Assembly (NCBI GenBank): GCA_964016885.1 | Contig: OZ024750.1 | Coordinates: forward strand, 52,638,001-52,702,000 | Length of the DNA stretch: 64,000 nt | Direction: 5' to 3' | Source of the DNA: Eledone cirrhosa | Lineage: Eukaryota | Part shown: in pieces, positions 1 through 12,806 of the stretch | How positions within the stretch are numbered: position 1 is the stretch's first letter | Layout: every line of letters begins with the position of its first letter | The notes under the pieces: model-generated | Database searches by the model: none | Seen by the model: the letters and a program-made list of their open reading frames with translations, nothing else | What the model was told of the DNA's origin: nothing | Program-made: the position numbers and the translations under genes

Positions 1-1596
1 TTTCTGGGTCTGCTTACTCCGTGGCTACCATCTATTTTTATTGCCCTGCACTTTTTTATACAGCTGTCGTCTTTCATGCGCATCACGTGACCGTACCAAC
101 GTAATCTTCTCTCGAGTAAACAACATCTGATCCCTCTTATTCCTAATTTCTCATTAGTTCGTTTATGCTTTGCCGTTCATGTATATTACTATTACATATC
201 CAGCGGAGCATGCAAGCTTCGTTTCTCTCCAGTCTGCGTATATCCTCTGCACACAATGCCCAGGTCTCACTGCCATGTAACATTGCTGTTCGTATGCAGG
301 CATCATACAGCCTGCCTTTCATTTTTAGAGAGAACCCTTTAGCGGCCAATAGTGGTATAAGCTCTCTGAACTTTTTCCATCCCGTTCTGACTCTAGCTAC
401 TGTACTTTCAGAGCACCCTCCCCCACTGCTGATTTTGTCACCCAGGTAACGGAAGGTGTCCACTATTTCTATAGAACCATCTGTGCAATGGAATGAGCTA
501 GTATTCTGTGGGCACTTGCTGCTACTTATTGCACCAGAGCACCGGCCACATATAAAATCTATACCTGTGATCCCACTACATCTTTTATGCACCCATACTT
601 TGCATTTGGGACATAAAATGGAGTTTCTGCCTACTCCTTTCCTACACACTGAGCATGGCCATTTCCCTGAGGGCAGCTGTGCCCTATTTTCCTTTCTACA
701 AACTAAAACTTTAGTCTTAGACAAGTTAACTTTAAGGCCTTTTGATTCTAGGCCATGCTTCCATGTTTGGAATTTCTTCTCTAGTTCAGCCATTGATTCA
801 GCTATGAGCGTTAGATCATCTGCATATAGGAGTTACCATGGGCAGCCAGTCTTGAACTCCTCTGTTATAGCCTGAAGGGCAATAATAAATAGTAGGGGGA
901 TAAGAACGGAGCCCTGATGAACACCAACTTTTACGCTAAACTCTTCACTATATTCGTTGTTAATTCTAACCTTGCTGACTGTTTCTTTATATGGCTTGTA
1001 TAGCTCTCACAAGCCATTCATCAACACCTAGTTTTCTAAGCGCCCACCAGATAATGGAGCGGGGGACTCTGTCAAAGGCTTTCTCCAAGTCAACAAAAGC
1101 TAAGTATAGGGGTTTACTTTTAGCTAGGTACTTCTCTTGTAGTTGTCGTACAATGAAAAGAGCGTCTGTGGTACTTTTACCTGACACAAACTGCATTTCA
1201 TCTAGATCAATTCGTTCTCTGATTAGTTGTGCTATTACTTTTTCTGTGACCTTCATGACCTGGTCGATTAATTTAATGCCTCTATAGTTACCCCTATCAA
1301 GAGCATCTCCTTTACCCTTGTAGCAGTTAATGATGATGCTGCTACACCAGTCCTTCGGAACGGCCCCATTCTGTATGACTTGGTTTACTATCCGGGTGAC
1401 CATAGTGTGTCCCACCATTCCAGATGCTTTCAGCATTTCAGCAACTATTTCCGAAGGCCCAGCCGCCTTACCCCTCTTCATATCTTTGATTGCCTTACTT
1501 ATTATACTACCTTCAACTAGCACTGCTGGTCCCTCTATTGGATCGATGTTGGGGAGACTGTCTTTCTCCCATTTATTCTCCTCATTTTGTAGCCTC
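1..1596 (-). mobile_element. RTE-clade LINE, RT fragment (runs off the window edge)
   Basis: KAAGPSEIVAEMLK, NYRGIKL, FVDLEKAFDRV and HGSETW motifs; frameshifts and stops. Confidence 0.9.
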
Positions 1597-2077
1597 ATTA
1601 TGTATATATATCATTCCACTGCAAAGTGGTCGTGGAGGTGCCACGGCAAAAAATCACCCAGCACTCACTCTAAATGAGGTTGGTGTTAGGAAGGGCATCC
1701 AGCTGTAGAAATCAAGCCAGAATCAGTTCCCGACCACCCTTGCAAGCAGGGAAAAGCGGACGTAAAATGATGATGATGATGATGATACACACACGTTTAT
1801 ATATGGACCTTCCAGTTTCATTTCACATTATATACATGTCTGTATATTTTAATTATTTAAAAATTATTTTTAAATGAACATGATTTAAAAAAAATATTTT
1901 TCAGTGAACGTGACCCAGCGGGTCATGGGTGGTCTAGTATAATAGTAAATATAGAGTAATGTAAATGGTAATGGGTTAAATAGGAACCTCTTTAAATGGG
2001 TCATATAAGTTGTATTGTTACCAGGATGTGGACAACCACAAACAGTCAATATGAGTTGACATAGAATAGCACAATAA

Positions 2078-2490
2078 TAGGTCAGCAATTTTTTTAAGGG
2101 GAGGGGAAAGTCGATTAAATCGACCCCAGTACATTACTGGTACTTTATTTTATCGACCTCATAAGGATGAAAGGCAAAGCTAACCTTGGCGGGATTTAAA
2201 CTCAGAACGTAAAGGGCCGTAACTCAATGCTGCTAAGCATGGTGTCTGACGCTCTACTGATTACTGCTGCCAATCCACCGCCCTTATAATAATAATAATA
2301 ATGATTACTATAGGCACAAGGCCAGCAATTTTGGGGGAGGGGAAAGTCGATTAAAGTACCAGTACGTTACTGGTACTTTATTTTATCGACTCTGTAAGGA
2401 TGAAAGGCAAAGTTAACCTCGGCAGGATTTGAACACAGATCATAAAGGGCCGTAACTCTATGCTGCAAAGCATGGCGTCCGACTTTCTAT
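2078..2490 (-). mobile_element. Two tandem tRNA-derived SINE copies (family with the GCCTTTCATCCTTACGGGGTCGATAAAATAAAGTACCAG core)
   Basis: Reverse complement of the copies at 48219 and 45018; A/B-box-like head, (TTA)n tail. Confidence 0.75.
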
Positions 2491-2736
2491 AATAATTGGT
2501 ACAGCAAGGGTTTTAAGGAAAGTGTTATATGACAGAGGAGAGGATGTAGTGAGAGCCCTTTGTCAACTTAGTGACTGCTCACTAAAATATCTATATCATA
2601 AGACAGTTTCTCTGTGATCTGTATCAGTCTTAATTCAGAGTAACTACCCTCTTAGGTTGCCTTCCCAACAGATTACAACACCTACTATAAATCTATAAAA
2701 CAATGAATTACTAATAAGTTGTGTTATTCTTCCTAG

Positions 2737-2930
2737 GATGTGGACAATTACAAACAGTCAGTCCGAGATGACATAGCTGAATGGCACAGTGCAATGAAGA
2801 ACAACAACATCCCTGATTGGTTGATAGTTGTTGTTGTCAGTGATGAGAGTAAAGTGAAGGCCAAGTTATTACCTCGGTCCTCAGTTCTTGATAGAGTAAA
2901 GAGTGATTTCTGTGGGAAGCAGGTCGATAG
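2737..2930 (+). CDS. TRAPPC10: TRAPPC10 internal coding exon A (first in window)
   Basis: tcctag|GAT...GATAG|gtaagt; DVDNYKQSVRDDIAEW...DWLIVVV...LPRSSVLDRVKSDFCGKQVDR resembles human TRAPPC10 (DWLIVIVE..LPRTSIVDKIRNDFCNKQSDR, recalled). Confidence 0.95.
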
Positions 2931-2944
2931 GTAAGTCTTTCTTC

Positions 2945-3695
2945 TTACACTTATGTATATTATAACTACACTTATGTATATTATAAACTACACTTATGTA
3001 TATTATAACTACACTTATGTATATTATAACTACACTTATGTATATTATAACTACACTTATGTATATTATAAACTACACTTATGTATATTATAACTACACT
3101 TATGTATATTATAACTACACTTATATATATTATAAACTACACTTATATATATTACAACTACACTTATATATATTATAACTACACTTATATATATTATAAC
3201 TACACTTATGTATATTATAACTACACTTATATATATTATAACTACACTTATATATATTATAACTACACTTATGTATATTATAACTACACTTATGTATATT
3301 ATAACTACACTTATGTATATTATAACTACACTTATGTATATTATAACTACACTTATGTATATTATAACTACACTTATGTATATTATAACTACACTTATGT
3401 ATATTATAAACTACACTTATGTATATTATAACTACACTTATGTATATTATAACTACACTTATATATATTATAACTACACTTATGTATATTATAACTACAC
3501 TTATATATATTATAAACTACACTTATATATATTATAACTACACTTATATATATTATAACTACACTTATATATATTATAACTACACTTATATATATTATAA
3601 CTACACTTATATATATTATAACTACACTTATGTATATTATAACTACACTTATGTATATTATAACTATACTTATGTATTTTGTAATTACACTTATT
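2945..3695. repeat. Minisatellite, 21-bp unit TATAACTACACTTATGTATAT, about 35 copies
   Basis: Direct inspection; begins about 15 nt after the exon A donor. Confidence 0.95.
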
Positions 3696-3763
3696 TAGTT
3701 TAACCCTTTAATTACCAACCTGGCCAAAACCAGTTCTGACTCTATGAAATAAACCAATTTTAA

Positions 3764-3984
3764 CTCTTTAGCATTGAAACCGGCCGTATCTGGCCAGAAT
3801 TCCCTCACCTCTTTCTGTTCAAACTGGTCAAAACCGGCTGCTCATACTTATGTTAAGGGATTGTTCTCAAAATAAATAATATCAAAATCTCGTTAATTCA
3901 ATATTATGTGAGATAATTATATGAGATAAAGTCTTTACCATGGAAATACAACAGTATATATAAAGTAATGTAAATGCTAAAGGG
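3764..3984. mobile_element. piggyBac-like MITE
   Basis: TTAA-flanked, ends CTCTTTAGCATT...AATGCTAAAGGG; homologous copy at 48583-48803. Confidence 0.65.
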
Positions 3985-4241
3985 TTAAAGGTTTCCAGTT
4001 TAAATTAAAATCTTTCAACACAATTTTATATAAGAACCTTATATTAGGTTACTATCTTAGTAATGAAATAATTAATAATTTTAGTAAATTCCTCAAAATT
4101 GAAATAGACTGTATGTCTTGAGAAATATGGTCATAAAAAGGTTAATCTTCAGAATTCTGAAATCTACCTTTGTATATTTTAAAACTGTAATTCCTAAAGC
4201 CCTATTTACCATTTCTATCATACATTTTATTGTATTTGAAG

Positions 4242-4437
4242 ATGTATTGTTTTGACGGAACCTCTCAAGGGAGACCAAAGATGTATGGATTCCTGGAATA
4301 ATTTCTACCAACGTCTTCGCCAGTTATTACTACAGTCTTTCAACAGACACCTTAGTAAATACGAAGAAAACATGAGGTCTTTGAGAGAAAGACGAAATGA
4401 ACAGAAATGGAGCTTCTCTGAGTACTTTTTGGTTCAG
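4242..4437 (+). CDS. TRAPPC10: TRAPPC10 exon B
   Basis: gaag|ATGT...GTTCAG|gtaact; CIVLTEPLKGDQRCMDSW...YEENMRSLRERRNEQKWSFSEYFLVQ; phase 2 in, phase 0 out. Confidence 0.93.
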
Positions 4438-4829
4438 GTAACTTGGATTCCATTAATCTTGCTGTTTTTGCCAGTGAATTAGCAGAATTGTTAGTCTCTC
4501 AGATGGACTGCTTTGTGATATTCTCTCACTCACTGTGCTCTAAATTCAAATCTCACTATGGTTAGCTTTGCCTTCCATCCTTTCAGGGTAAAAAAATAAA
4601 TAAAGTATCAGTTCAATGTGTTCAGTGCTGGATTTACCTATAAGCTATAGCTTAGGGCTTCACACCCTTGGAGGCCTTACTTTTTAAAATAGATTTTTAT
4701 TTTATCATTAGTTTTTATTCTTAAACACTAAATCATCAAATATCCACTGACGTGAACCTAAACATCGAGTGCTCACCTGAGTGAACCTACAGTAACTTCA
4801 CGTTACACTCCCTGGATATTTATATATAT

Positions 4830-5258
4830 ATCATCATCATCATCATCATCCGCTTTCTCTGCTTGCAAGGGTGACACAGGTCCTATTCAACACAGCATCT
4901 CTCCACTTGTCACGGTCCTTTGTCATCTGCTCCGTGAGCTTCAGCGATCCGAGGTCAACTCTCACCACCTCCGCCTATGATTTTCGTGGTCTTCCTCTAC
5001 TGCGTCTTCCTTCTACTGGGATTTCTTGGCACTTCTTTACTCAGCGGTCATCCTCCATGCGCATCACATGTCCATACCAACGCAGTCTCCTCTCCCGCAC
5101 ACTACAACTTTTCTCCAACTTTTGGTCGTTCACGCACATTGACACTGCACATCCAACGGAGCATGCTTGCTTCATTTCTCTCCAGCCATCACATATTCTC
5201 CGCAGTTGCAGCCCATGTCTCACTACCATGCAGCATTGCGCATCTCACACAGGCATCA
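4830..5258 (-). mobile_element. RTE LINE 3' fragment with (GAT)n tail
   Basis: RRLRWYGHVMRMEDD motif; tail shared with other copies. Confidence 0.85.
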
Positions 5259-6016
5259 TATATGAGACACTTTAACCACATGTCTGTAATATCAGAGATG
5301 TGACCTCTCAATTTGTAGATGTAGTAGCTCTACCTGGCGTGACTCCCTGATCTCTGAGCTCCACACTTTATCGAGTAATGTTACTCCAAAGACCCTTTAG
5401 AGGAATTCCATGTCGGCCGCTTGTATTTGTGATCGTATTCATTTGGTCATTACCCAAGATGGTGGTGCTGCTGAGGCTAGTGATGTTTGTTGTTAATGGT
5501 GGAGGTGGTGATGTAGTAGTAGGTCTGTTGTTGTTTAACCTCAGATCAGCTGTGATCCAACAATATAAGGGAAAAGTTGATTAAATTGACCCCAGTGCAT
5601 TACTGGTACTATATTTTATTAACCCTGTAAGGGTTAATAAAATATAGTAACCTCGGCAAGATTTGATCTGAAAATGTAAAGGGTTGTAAGTATATGTCAC
5701 AAGGCATGTTGTGTGATGCTCTACCAATCCTGCCAATCCACTGCCCTGTATCTATGTAATTAATTGTTTCTACATTTGGCACAAAGCCAGCAATTACCCA
5801 GTACATTACTGGTACTTTATTTTATCGACCCCGTAAGGATGAAAGGCAAAGTGAAGCTCGGCAGGATATCTATGTAATTAATAATATCTAATTCAGTCTC
5901 AAAAAATATAGATATGTGCCGATAAATTAGTTTTGGAATCTACTGACATAATTATAGGCAAATAATAAATATATGCAAATAAAATTTTATTTTCTAAAAT
6001 ATTTTATTTATTTCAG

Positions 6017-6128
6017 GAAGAATTGGCTTTTATGTTTGAAATGCTTGGAGTCTATGATGACAGTCTTCTGCAATATGATGAACTAGATGCTTTGTTTACT
6101 CAATTTTTGTTAAATCATGCCGCTGGAG
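6017..6128 (+). CDS. TRAPPC10: TRAPPC10 exon C
   Basis: tttcag|GAA...GGAG|gtaggt; EELAFMFEMLGVYDDSLLQYDELDALFTQFLLNHAAG, the conserved TRAPPC10 EELAF..QYDELDALF motif. Confidence 0.96.
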
Positions 6129-6189
6129 GTAGGTTATTAAATACCTGTAAAATGGCTTTTTAATCACAGTTTGTCACATTTTATTAGAG

Positions 6190-6436
6190 CAGTGCTTCCC
6201 AAAGTGAGGGTCCACAAAGGTAGGACTGGGGATCTCAGCTAAATTCAAAATTTCAAGTACTCTGTTAAAAACATAATATGCTGTTGGGTTTCTGTCCTGA
6301 GTATAAACATTTCTCTCTTTCAATTGTTATTGTATTATAAGAATCTAGGAGATGTTGTAGCATGGAGGGTGGGGTCTGTACAGTAATTCATTTAAATAAA
6401 AGAGGTTCTTGGTATTGAAAAATTTGGAAATCACTG
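6190..6436. mobile_element. hAT-like MITE
   Basis: TIRs CAGTGCTTCCCAAA...TTTGGAAATCACTG; TSD not clearly preserved. Confidence 0.55.
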
Positions 6437-6869
6437 TGGTAAACCATAAGACAAAATTCCTTGTGGTGTTTGTTCTGGCTATTTATAGATATTTATATAT
6501 CACCATTGTCATCATCATCACCATTTAGCTTCCATTTTTCCATGCTTGCATGGGTTAGATGGGTCGTCCACTCTGGGAGTCTAGCCAGAGTTGGCCATGC
6601 CGAATGCTTCACACAGCAGACCCACATTTCAGGAACCACACAGGCCATTCAGCCACGATGAAGCCTTCTCACAGTGGAGCCTGGAACTGTGTGGCACTGC
6701 TATGAGAAGGGACTGGTCAGTTGGCCATGCCAAACCATTCACACAGTGGACTCTCAGTTCAGGTGTTAGATGCTGCATAACTCCACTATGAGGAGGGACA
6801 GGCCAGTTGGTCGTGTTGAACCCATCGTGCAGTGGAACAACAGTTTTGGAGCCCGGCACTGGATGACTC

Positions 6870-6910
<41 letters not shown>

Positions 6911-6937
6911 TGGTGTCACTAAATATATATATATATT

Positions 6938-7303
6938 GGCAAGTAAGTATGTTTTGAAACAGTAAGCAGGTTTGAAATTAGAAAATAGAATAGCTTTCAC
7001 CGTATTTTTGACTAAAGGAATTTTAGCCTGATAATGGGGTTTAGAACCCTCAGATAAAAATGGAAAAAGATGAGTATTGGCGTACATGGGAGTCGAACCC
7101 ACATCTTTGGTTATCGCGACCACTGTGCTACCATTACACCAACACATCACCCATCTTTTTCCATTCAAATTAGAAACTACATTCTTAGCGAGTTTAAATG
7201 GCAAGCAAGTATGTTTTGAAACATCTTTTTCCATTTTTATCTGAGGGTTCTAAACCCCATTATCAGGCTAAAATTCCTTTAGTCAAAAATACGGTGAAAG
7301 CTA
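6938..7303. mobile_element. Inverted-repeat element containing a tRNA-like cloverleaf, inserted in (TA)n
   Basis: About 80-bp inverted arms (6989-7071 and 7222-7303); direct repeat GGCAAG(T/C)AAGTATGTTTTGAAACA at 6938 and 7201; related copy at 23535-23773. Confidence 0.7.
7078..7148 (-). tRNA. tRNA-like sequence (pseudo-tRNA, anticodon loop non-canonical)
   Basis: GATGTGT TG GTGT AATGGTA GCAC A GTGGT CGCGATA ACCAA AGAT GTGGG TTCGACT CCCAT GTACGCC A folds as a 71-nt cloverleaf with A/B boxes; lacks U33. Confidence 0.6.
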
Positions 7304-7589
7304 TATATATATATATATATATATATACATGATGTGTTGTGTCCTTGAACAAGACACTTTATTTCACATTGCTCCAGTTTACTCAGCTGTAGAAATGAGA
7401 TGATAGGACTGGGGTCCCTATCATTCCACTGCAAAGTGGTCGTAGAGGTGCCACGGAAAAAAAGCACCCAGCACTCACTGTAAATGAGGTTGGTGTTAGG
7501 AAGGGCATCCAGCTGTAGAAATCAAACCAGAATCAGTTCCTGTCCCACCCTTGCAAGCAGGGAAAATCGGACGTAAAATGATGATGATA

Positions 7590-7763
7590 GTAATAATAAT
7601 AAATTTGAAGACTAAAATCCAAAGAGGGCTCGATAAGGATAAATAAATATCAAATATATAAGAACCCTAGTGCAAATATTTATTAAAATAACAGATTAAA
7701 GTTTAAGCAAAGAATCCGTTAAGGGTGAAAGCAGCGATTCTTTGCTTAAACTTTAATCTCGTA

Positions 7764-7795
<32 letters not shown>

Positions 7796-7945
7796 GTAAT
7801 AATAATAAATTTGAAGACTAAAATCCAAAGAGGGCTCGATAAGGATAAATATATATCAAATATATAAGAACCATAGAGTTTCAGAAGATCCCGTTAAGGG
7901 TGAAAGCAGCGATTCTTTGCTTAAACTTTAATCTGTTATTTTAAT
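7590..7945 (+). mobile_element. Penelope-like pseudo-LTR remnants (tandem plus inverted) with a degenerate hammerhead
   Basis: Duplicated segment; hairpin 7682-7772; CAGAAGA-TCCC-GTTAA-GGGT-GAAA at 7882-7905. Confidence 0.5.
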
Positions 7946-8591
7946 ATATATATATGTGTATATATATATATATATAATATATTATATATATATATATAAT
8001 ATATTATATATATATATTATATATATATATTATATTATATATATTATATATATATACATTATACGGCACCCAGCCGTAGAAAACCCGCCAGACGTGTAGG
8101 TGTCACGACAAAAAAACACACAGTCCACACTGCAATGTGGCCATGTAGGTAACACGGTAAAAACCTCCCAGTCCACACTGTAAACGTGGTTGGTGTTAGG
8201 AAGGGCATCCAGCCATAGAAAACCCTATACGAGCAGGACAACCAATCTTGCCTCAAGTGGGGAAAACTCCCGTCCAGACCCATGCAAGCGTGGAAGATGG
8301 ACGTTAAATGATGATGATGATGATGATGTGTGTGTGTATATATTTCTATTGAAAGAAACTGTGTAAAGATGTATGATTAATACAGTACATCTCTGCTAGT
8401 TGATATTTCATTGACAACATTCTGTATAAACTCTTTATCTCTCTCAGCCATATCTAACTTTTGCGACACAGACTATGTGAAACATTACCAATATTTCGAA
8501 TGAGTGAAAGTCTTATATCCTTTGAAACATTTGTAAGGGAATTAATATAGTTTTTAGATGAAAGAAGTAACATTTTTCCATCAATGCTCTT

Positions 8592-8625
<34 letters not shown>

Positions 8626-8671
8626 GTTTCCGCCATGCCCGTCCCTTCAATCTTTCTAGTTTCTCATTCTT

Positions 8672-8707
8672 TCTTCTGATGAAAGACTAGCATCCGAAAC
8701 GTTAAGA
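8672..8707 (+). ncRNA. Minimal type I hammerhead ribozyme in a Penelope pLTR fragment
   Basis: TCTT-CTGATGA-AAGACTAGCATCC-GAAACGTT-AAGA: helix I TCTT/AAGA, palindromic helix III ACGT; helix II imperfect. Confidence 0.6.
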
Positions 8708-8805
8708 CCTGCTTCCTGCTATTTCAAGCGTTATACTATTATATTCCTTCCATATACTGTACCGATTGTGTTGTTATTTCTGTTTACCTTTTACATATAT
8801 ATATA

Positions 8806-8969
8806 CCGTATTTCCCGGCACCAAAGACACTTCATCCTCGAGGACACACCCTAATTTTGACAAGCAAAAACTTGAAAAAAAACAATAAACAACCTTCAGC
8901 CAGGAGGCATGGTAGATTTTTGAGACTTATTTTAGGAAAAAAAGTAGCGACTTCAATGCCGGGAAATAC

Positions 8970-8971
<2 letters not shown>
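8806..8971. mobile_element. Tc1/mariner (pogo/Tc2-like) MITE
   Basis: TA + CCGTATTTCCCGGCA ... TGCCGGGAAATACGG + TA. Confidence 0.75.
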
Positions 8972-9001
<30 letters not shown>

Positions 9002-9002
<1 letters not shown>

Positions 9003-9815
9003 CATCATCATCATCATCATCACCGTTTTACGTCCGTTCTTCCACGCTAGCATGGGTTAGACGGGTTGTCCTGTTGTGGGCAGTGTCTGGTCGGCTGACC
9101 ATGCCTTGCTCATACAGGAACTGATCTGGCTTGATTTCTACAGCTGGATGCCCTTCCTAACACCAACCTCATTTACAGTGAGTGCTGGGTGCTTTTTCGT
9201 GGCGCCTACACGTCCACTTTACAGTGTAGGCTGGGTGCTTTTTTGCCGTGGCACCTCCACGGCCACCTTGCGGTGGGGGGGGGGGGGGGCATATTGTTTA
9301 TATGCTTCAGCATGTACCCATGGGAGGTCGGGTACCCTGTATTACTGCGCGACGCCAGAAGTCACGGTCGTGTGTCATTGACTTTGAGAGGTGTAGTTGG
9401 GTAAGGTCGGCTTTTATCACCTCATCCCAAGTCATCTTGGGTCTCCCCACTCCGCGGTTTCCATCAACTTCTAGTGCTCTGCACCTTTTTATGCAGCTGT
9501 CATCCTTCATACGCATCACATGTCCATACCAGCGTAACCGCCTCTCCTGCACGCAGCATTTGATTCCTCTTATGCTCAGTCTCTCTCTCAATTCCTTTAT
9601 GCTTTGTCGTTCACGTATATTACTGTTACACATCCATCGGAGCATGCAGGCTTCGTTTCTCTCTAATCTACGTAAGTCTTCCACCTTCAGCGCCCAGGTC
9701 TCACTACCATGCAACATCGCTGTTCGGATACACGCATCATACAGTCTGCCTTTCATTCTGAGGGAGAAGCCTTTTGCAGCTAGCAGTGGTAGTAGTTCCC
9801 TAAACTTCTTCCATA
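9002..9815 (-). mobile_element. RTE LINE 3' fragment with 3' UTR and tail
   Basis: WKKFRELLPLL...HGSETW...RRLRWYGHV...GRPKMTW ORF, then a tail ending (GAT)n. Confidence 0.85.
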
Positions 9816-10157
9816 TATATATATACGGCAATGAATTTATTTTGCAAGGTTTTTAATATGAAATCATGTGTTGAAACAAATAGTTATATTTGGGGAGGGT
9901 CATACTTTTATAATATTGCCAGAAATATCCCAACCAAACAGTGAGTGTGTTTTATTATATATTTCTGGCAATATTATAACAATATGATCCTCCCCAAATA
10001 TAACATATATATATATGTATAATATGTTACTGACAGGGATAGACAGATAGAAACACATGTACATACATAGATATGTAGTATATATATGATATACACAAGT
10101 CTTATCTGAGACTCTTAAATAGATAGTGTTCAGATTAATATTTATATACTTATAAAT

Positions 10158-10660
10158 AGGGTTTCTCCCTGTGTACGAAAGGCCGGTTATATGACGCCTG
10201 TGTGAGGAGCGCGATGCTGCATGGTAGTGAGAAATGGGCAGCAACTGCAGAAGATATGTGACGGCTGGAGAAAAATGAGGCAAGCATGCTCCGTTGGATG
10301 TACAGTGTCAATGTGCGTGAACGACCCAGCATGGATGTGTTGAGAGAAACTGTGTCTGAGAGGAATAGAATGTAGTGTACGGGAGAGGAGACTGAAGTGG
10401 TATTGACATGTGATGCGCATGGAGGATGACCAATGGGTGAAGAAGTGCCAGGAAATGCCAGTTGAAGGAAGACGTGGTAGAGGTAGACTACGAAAAACAT
10501 GGGCGGAGGTGGTGAGAACAGACCTCAGATCGCTGAAGCTCACGGTGGAGATGACGAAGGACCGTGACAAGTGGAGTGATGCTGTGCTGAATAAGACCCG
10601 TCCCACCCTTGCAAGCAGGGAAAAGCGGACGTAAAATGATGATGATGATGATGATGATTA
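10158..10660 (+). mobile_element. RTE LINE 3' fragment
   Basis: GRRGRGRLRKTWAEVV motif; CCCTTGCAAGCAGGG...(GAT)n tail. Confidence 0.85.
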
Positions 10661-10688
10661 TACACACACACATTTATACATATATGAA

Positions 10689-11062
10689 GGCGCATGGCTT
10701 AGTGGTTAGAGCTTGCAATCGAAAGGTTGTGAGTTCAATTCTCAGACTGGATGATGTGTTGTTTCCTTGAGCAAGACACCTTATTTCACATTGCTCCAGT
10801 TTACTCAGCTGTAGAAATGAGATGATAGGGACTGGGGTCCCTATCATTCCTCTGCAAAGTGGACGTGTAGGTGCCACGGAAAAAAGCACCCAGCACTCAC
10901 TGTAAATGAGGTTGGTGTTAGGAAGGGCATCCAGCTGTAGAAATCAAGCCAGAATCAGTTCCCATATAAGCAAGACATGGTCAGCCGATCAGACACTGCC
11001 CACAACAGGACAACCCATCTAACCCATGCTAGCATGGAAGAACGGATGTAAAACGGTGATGA

Positions 11063-11065
<3 letters not shown>
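10689..11065 (+). mobile_element. tRNA-derived CORE-like SINE with RTE-type tail
   Basis: GGCGCATGGCTTAGTGGTTAGAGC head, GTTCAATTC B box, CCTTGAGCAAGACAC core; second copy at 56356. Confidence 0.75.
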
Positions 11066-11110
<45 letters not shown>

Positions 11111-11112
<2 letters not shown>

Positions 11113-12417
11113 AGGGAGGATCAAAAGGTTCGCGGAATTTTATCATAGCAAGAAAAAAATCAGGTTAAAACAATATTAAACATGTCAGAACATTGTCACT
11201 GGGTGTTTACCTTGCTATTAGTCACTTGCAGTCAGTTATGCACGGACTATTGTACAGTACTGACACTCTTTAAAAAAACTCTTTTTGGAACAATGGAAAA
11301 TAGTTATTTTGAGATAAGATCGAATATCAAGTATCTGGTGAAACTCAAACGGAAAAGGACACAGATTATGGAAGCTTTAGTTAGAGTTTACGGTACTACT
11401 GCTCCAAAGAAAACTGCTGTCTACAAGTGGATTCAGCGATTCAAACAAGGGAAAGACGACCTTGAAGACGACCATCGCAGTGGAAGACCAGGAACATCAA
11501 AAAATGACCAAAACGTTGAGGCTGCTCAGACTTTAATTGTAGAAGATCGAAGAATAACAGTTAATCAGTTAGCTAAGTCCCTAGACATTTCATATGGTTC
11601 GGCAAATTCAATTCTGCGCAATAATTTGGGACTAAGAAAGCTCTCAGCGCGATGGGTCCCAAAAGCGTTGCGCCCTGATCAGCTGATTCTTCGAAGTGAT
11701 CTGTCTTTGGCGATATTAAACAAAATTGAAGTTGATGAAGAGCATTTCCTGACCAGAATCATCACCAGAGATGAAACCTGGATCTACCAGTATGATCCTG
11801 AATCCAAACAGCAGTCAAAACAGTGGCTTCCACGTGGATCATCGGGGCCAATCAAGTTCAAATCTCAAAAGTCGGATCAAAAAGTGATGGCCACCATTTT
11901 CTGGGATTCAGATGGGGTGATACTAATAGATTATCTTGAAAGTCAAAGAACTGTGACAGGAGCTTACTATGCAAATGTTTTAAGGAAGCTGAAAGAGGCA
12001 TTAGCCAAGAAACGAAAAGGGAAACTTCATGGTGGGATCTTGTTTCACCATGATAATGCACCAGCGCATTCTGCGCGGGTTGCAAAAGAAGTTCTTTGAG
12101 AATTTTGATGGGAAGTGCTTCCTCACCCGCCTTATAGTCCAGATTTAGCCCATCAGACTTTTTCCTCTTTCCAAAACTCAAAGAAATGCTAAAAGGAACC
12201 CGTTTTAGTGGTGTTGAAGAAGCTAAAAACACTGCCAACACATGGCTTCGAACAAGGCCTTCAACTTTCTTTAGAGACGGCTTACGAAGCTGGAAGCATC
12301 GCCTTGTGAATGGCACATGGATGGCAACTATATAGAAAAATAAATTGAAGGTAAATCATATTTTTTGAAAAATAGATTATTTTCTGAAAAATTCTGTGAA
12401 CTTTTTGATCCCCCCTC

Positions 12418-12418
<1 letters not shown>
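11111..12418 (+). mobile_element. Mariner (D,D34D) DNA transposon, full length with a disrupted transposase
   Basis: About 30-bp TIRs (CAAGGGAGGATCAAAAGGTTC / GAACTTTTTGATCCCCCCTCG) within (TA)n; transposase from about 11293 with WVPKAL, DETW, HHDNAPAH and HPPYSPDLA; stop at 12097 plus a frameshift. Confidence 0.92.
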
Positions 12419-12487
<69 letters not shown>

Positions 12488-12806
12488 GTATGACAAGAGC
12501 CGATTAATAGAATTGGCGTTAAGAAGGGCAACCAGCTGTAAAAGATTGCCTCAGAACATCATGTCCAACCCAAGCTAACATGGATAAATGGATGTAAAAA
12601 TGATGATGATTATGTTAGTCATCTGAAAAGTTCATAGATTGACCAAGATAGTCTCATGGAATGGCCAAATGAAGTTTATTTTTCAACATAGTCCCGGGAA
12701 AGAAACAATGAAGTTATTAATAAGAGTTGAAACTAATGTATGCAAGATTTCACAGCTCTAGCATCATTTCTAAACATTGATGATATATTTTGCTTTTTTT
12801 TTTCAG

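Noticed and set aside
7078-7148. Functional tRNA gene
   Set aside because: Anticodon loop lacks U33, stems have mismatches and it is embedded in a repeat; kept only as tRNA-like
11182-12099. Domesticated SETMAR-like gene
   Set aside because: TIRs are present, with a premature stop and a frameshift before the last catalytic Asp and no SET domain; an ordinary dead mariner
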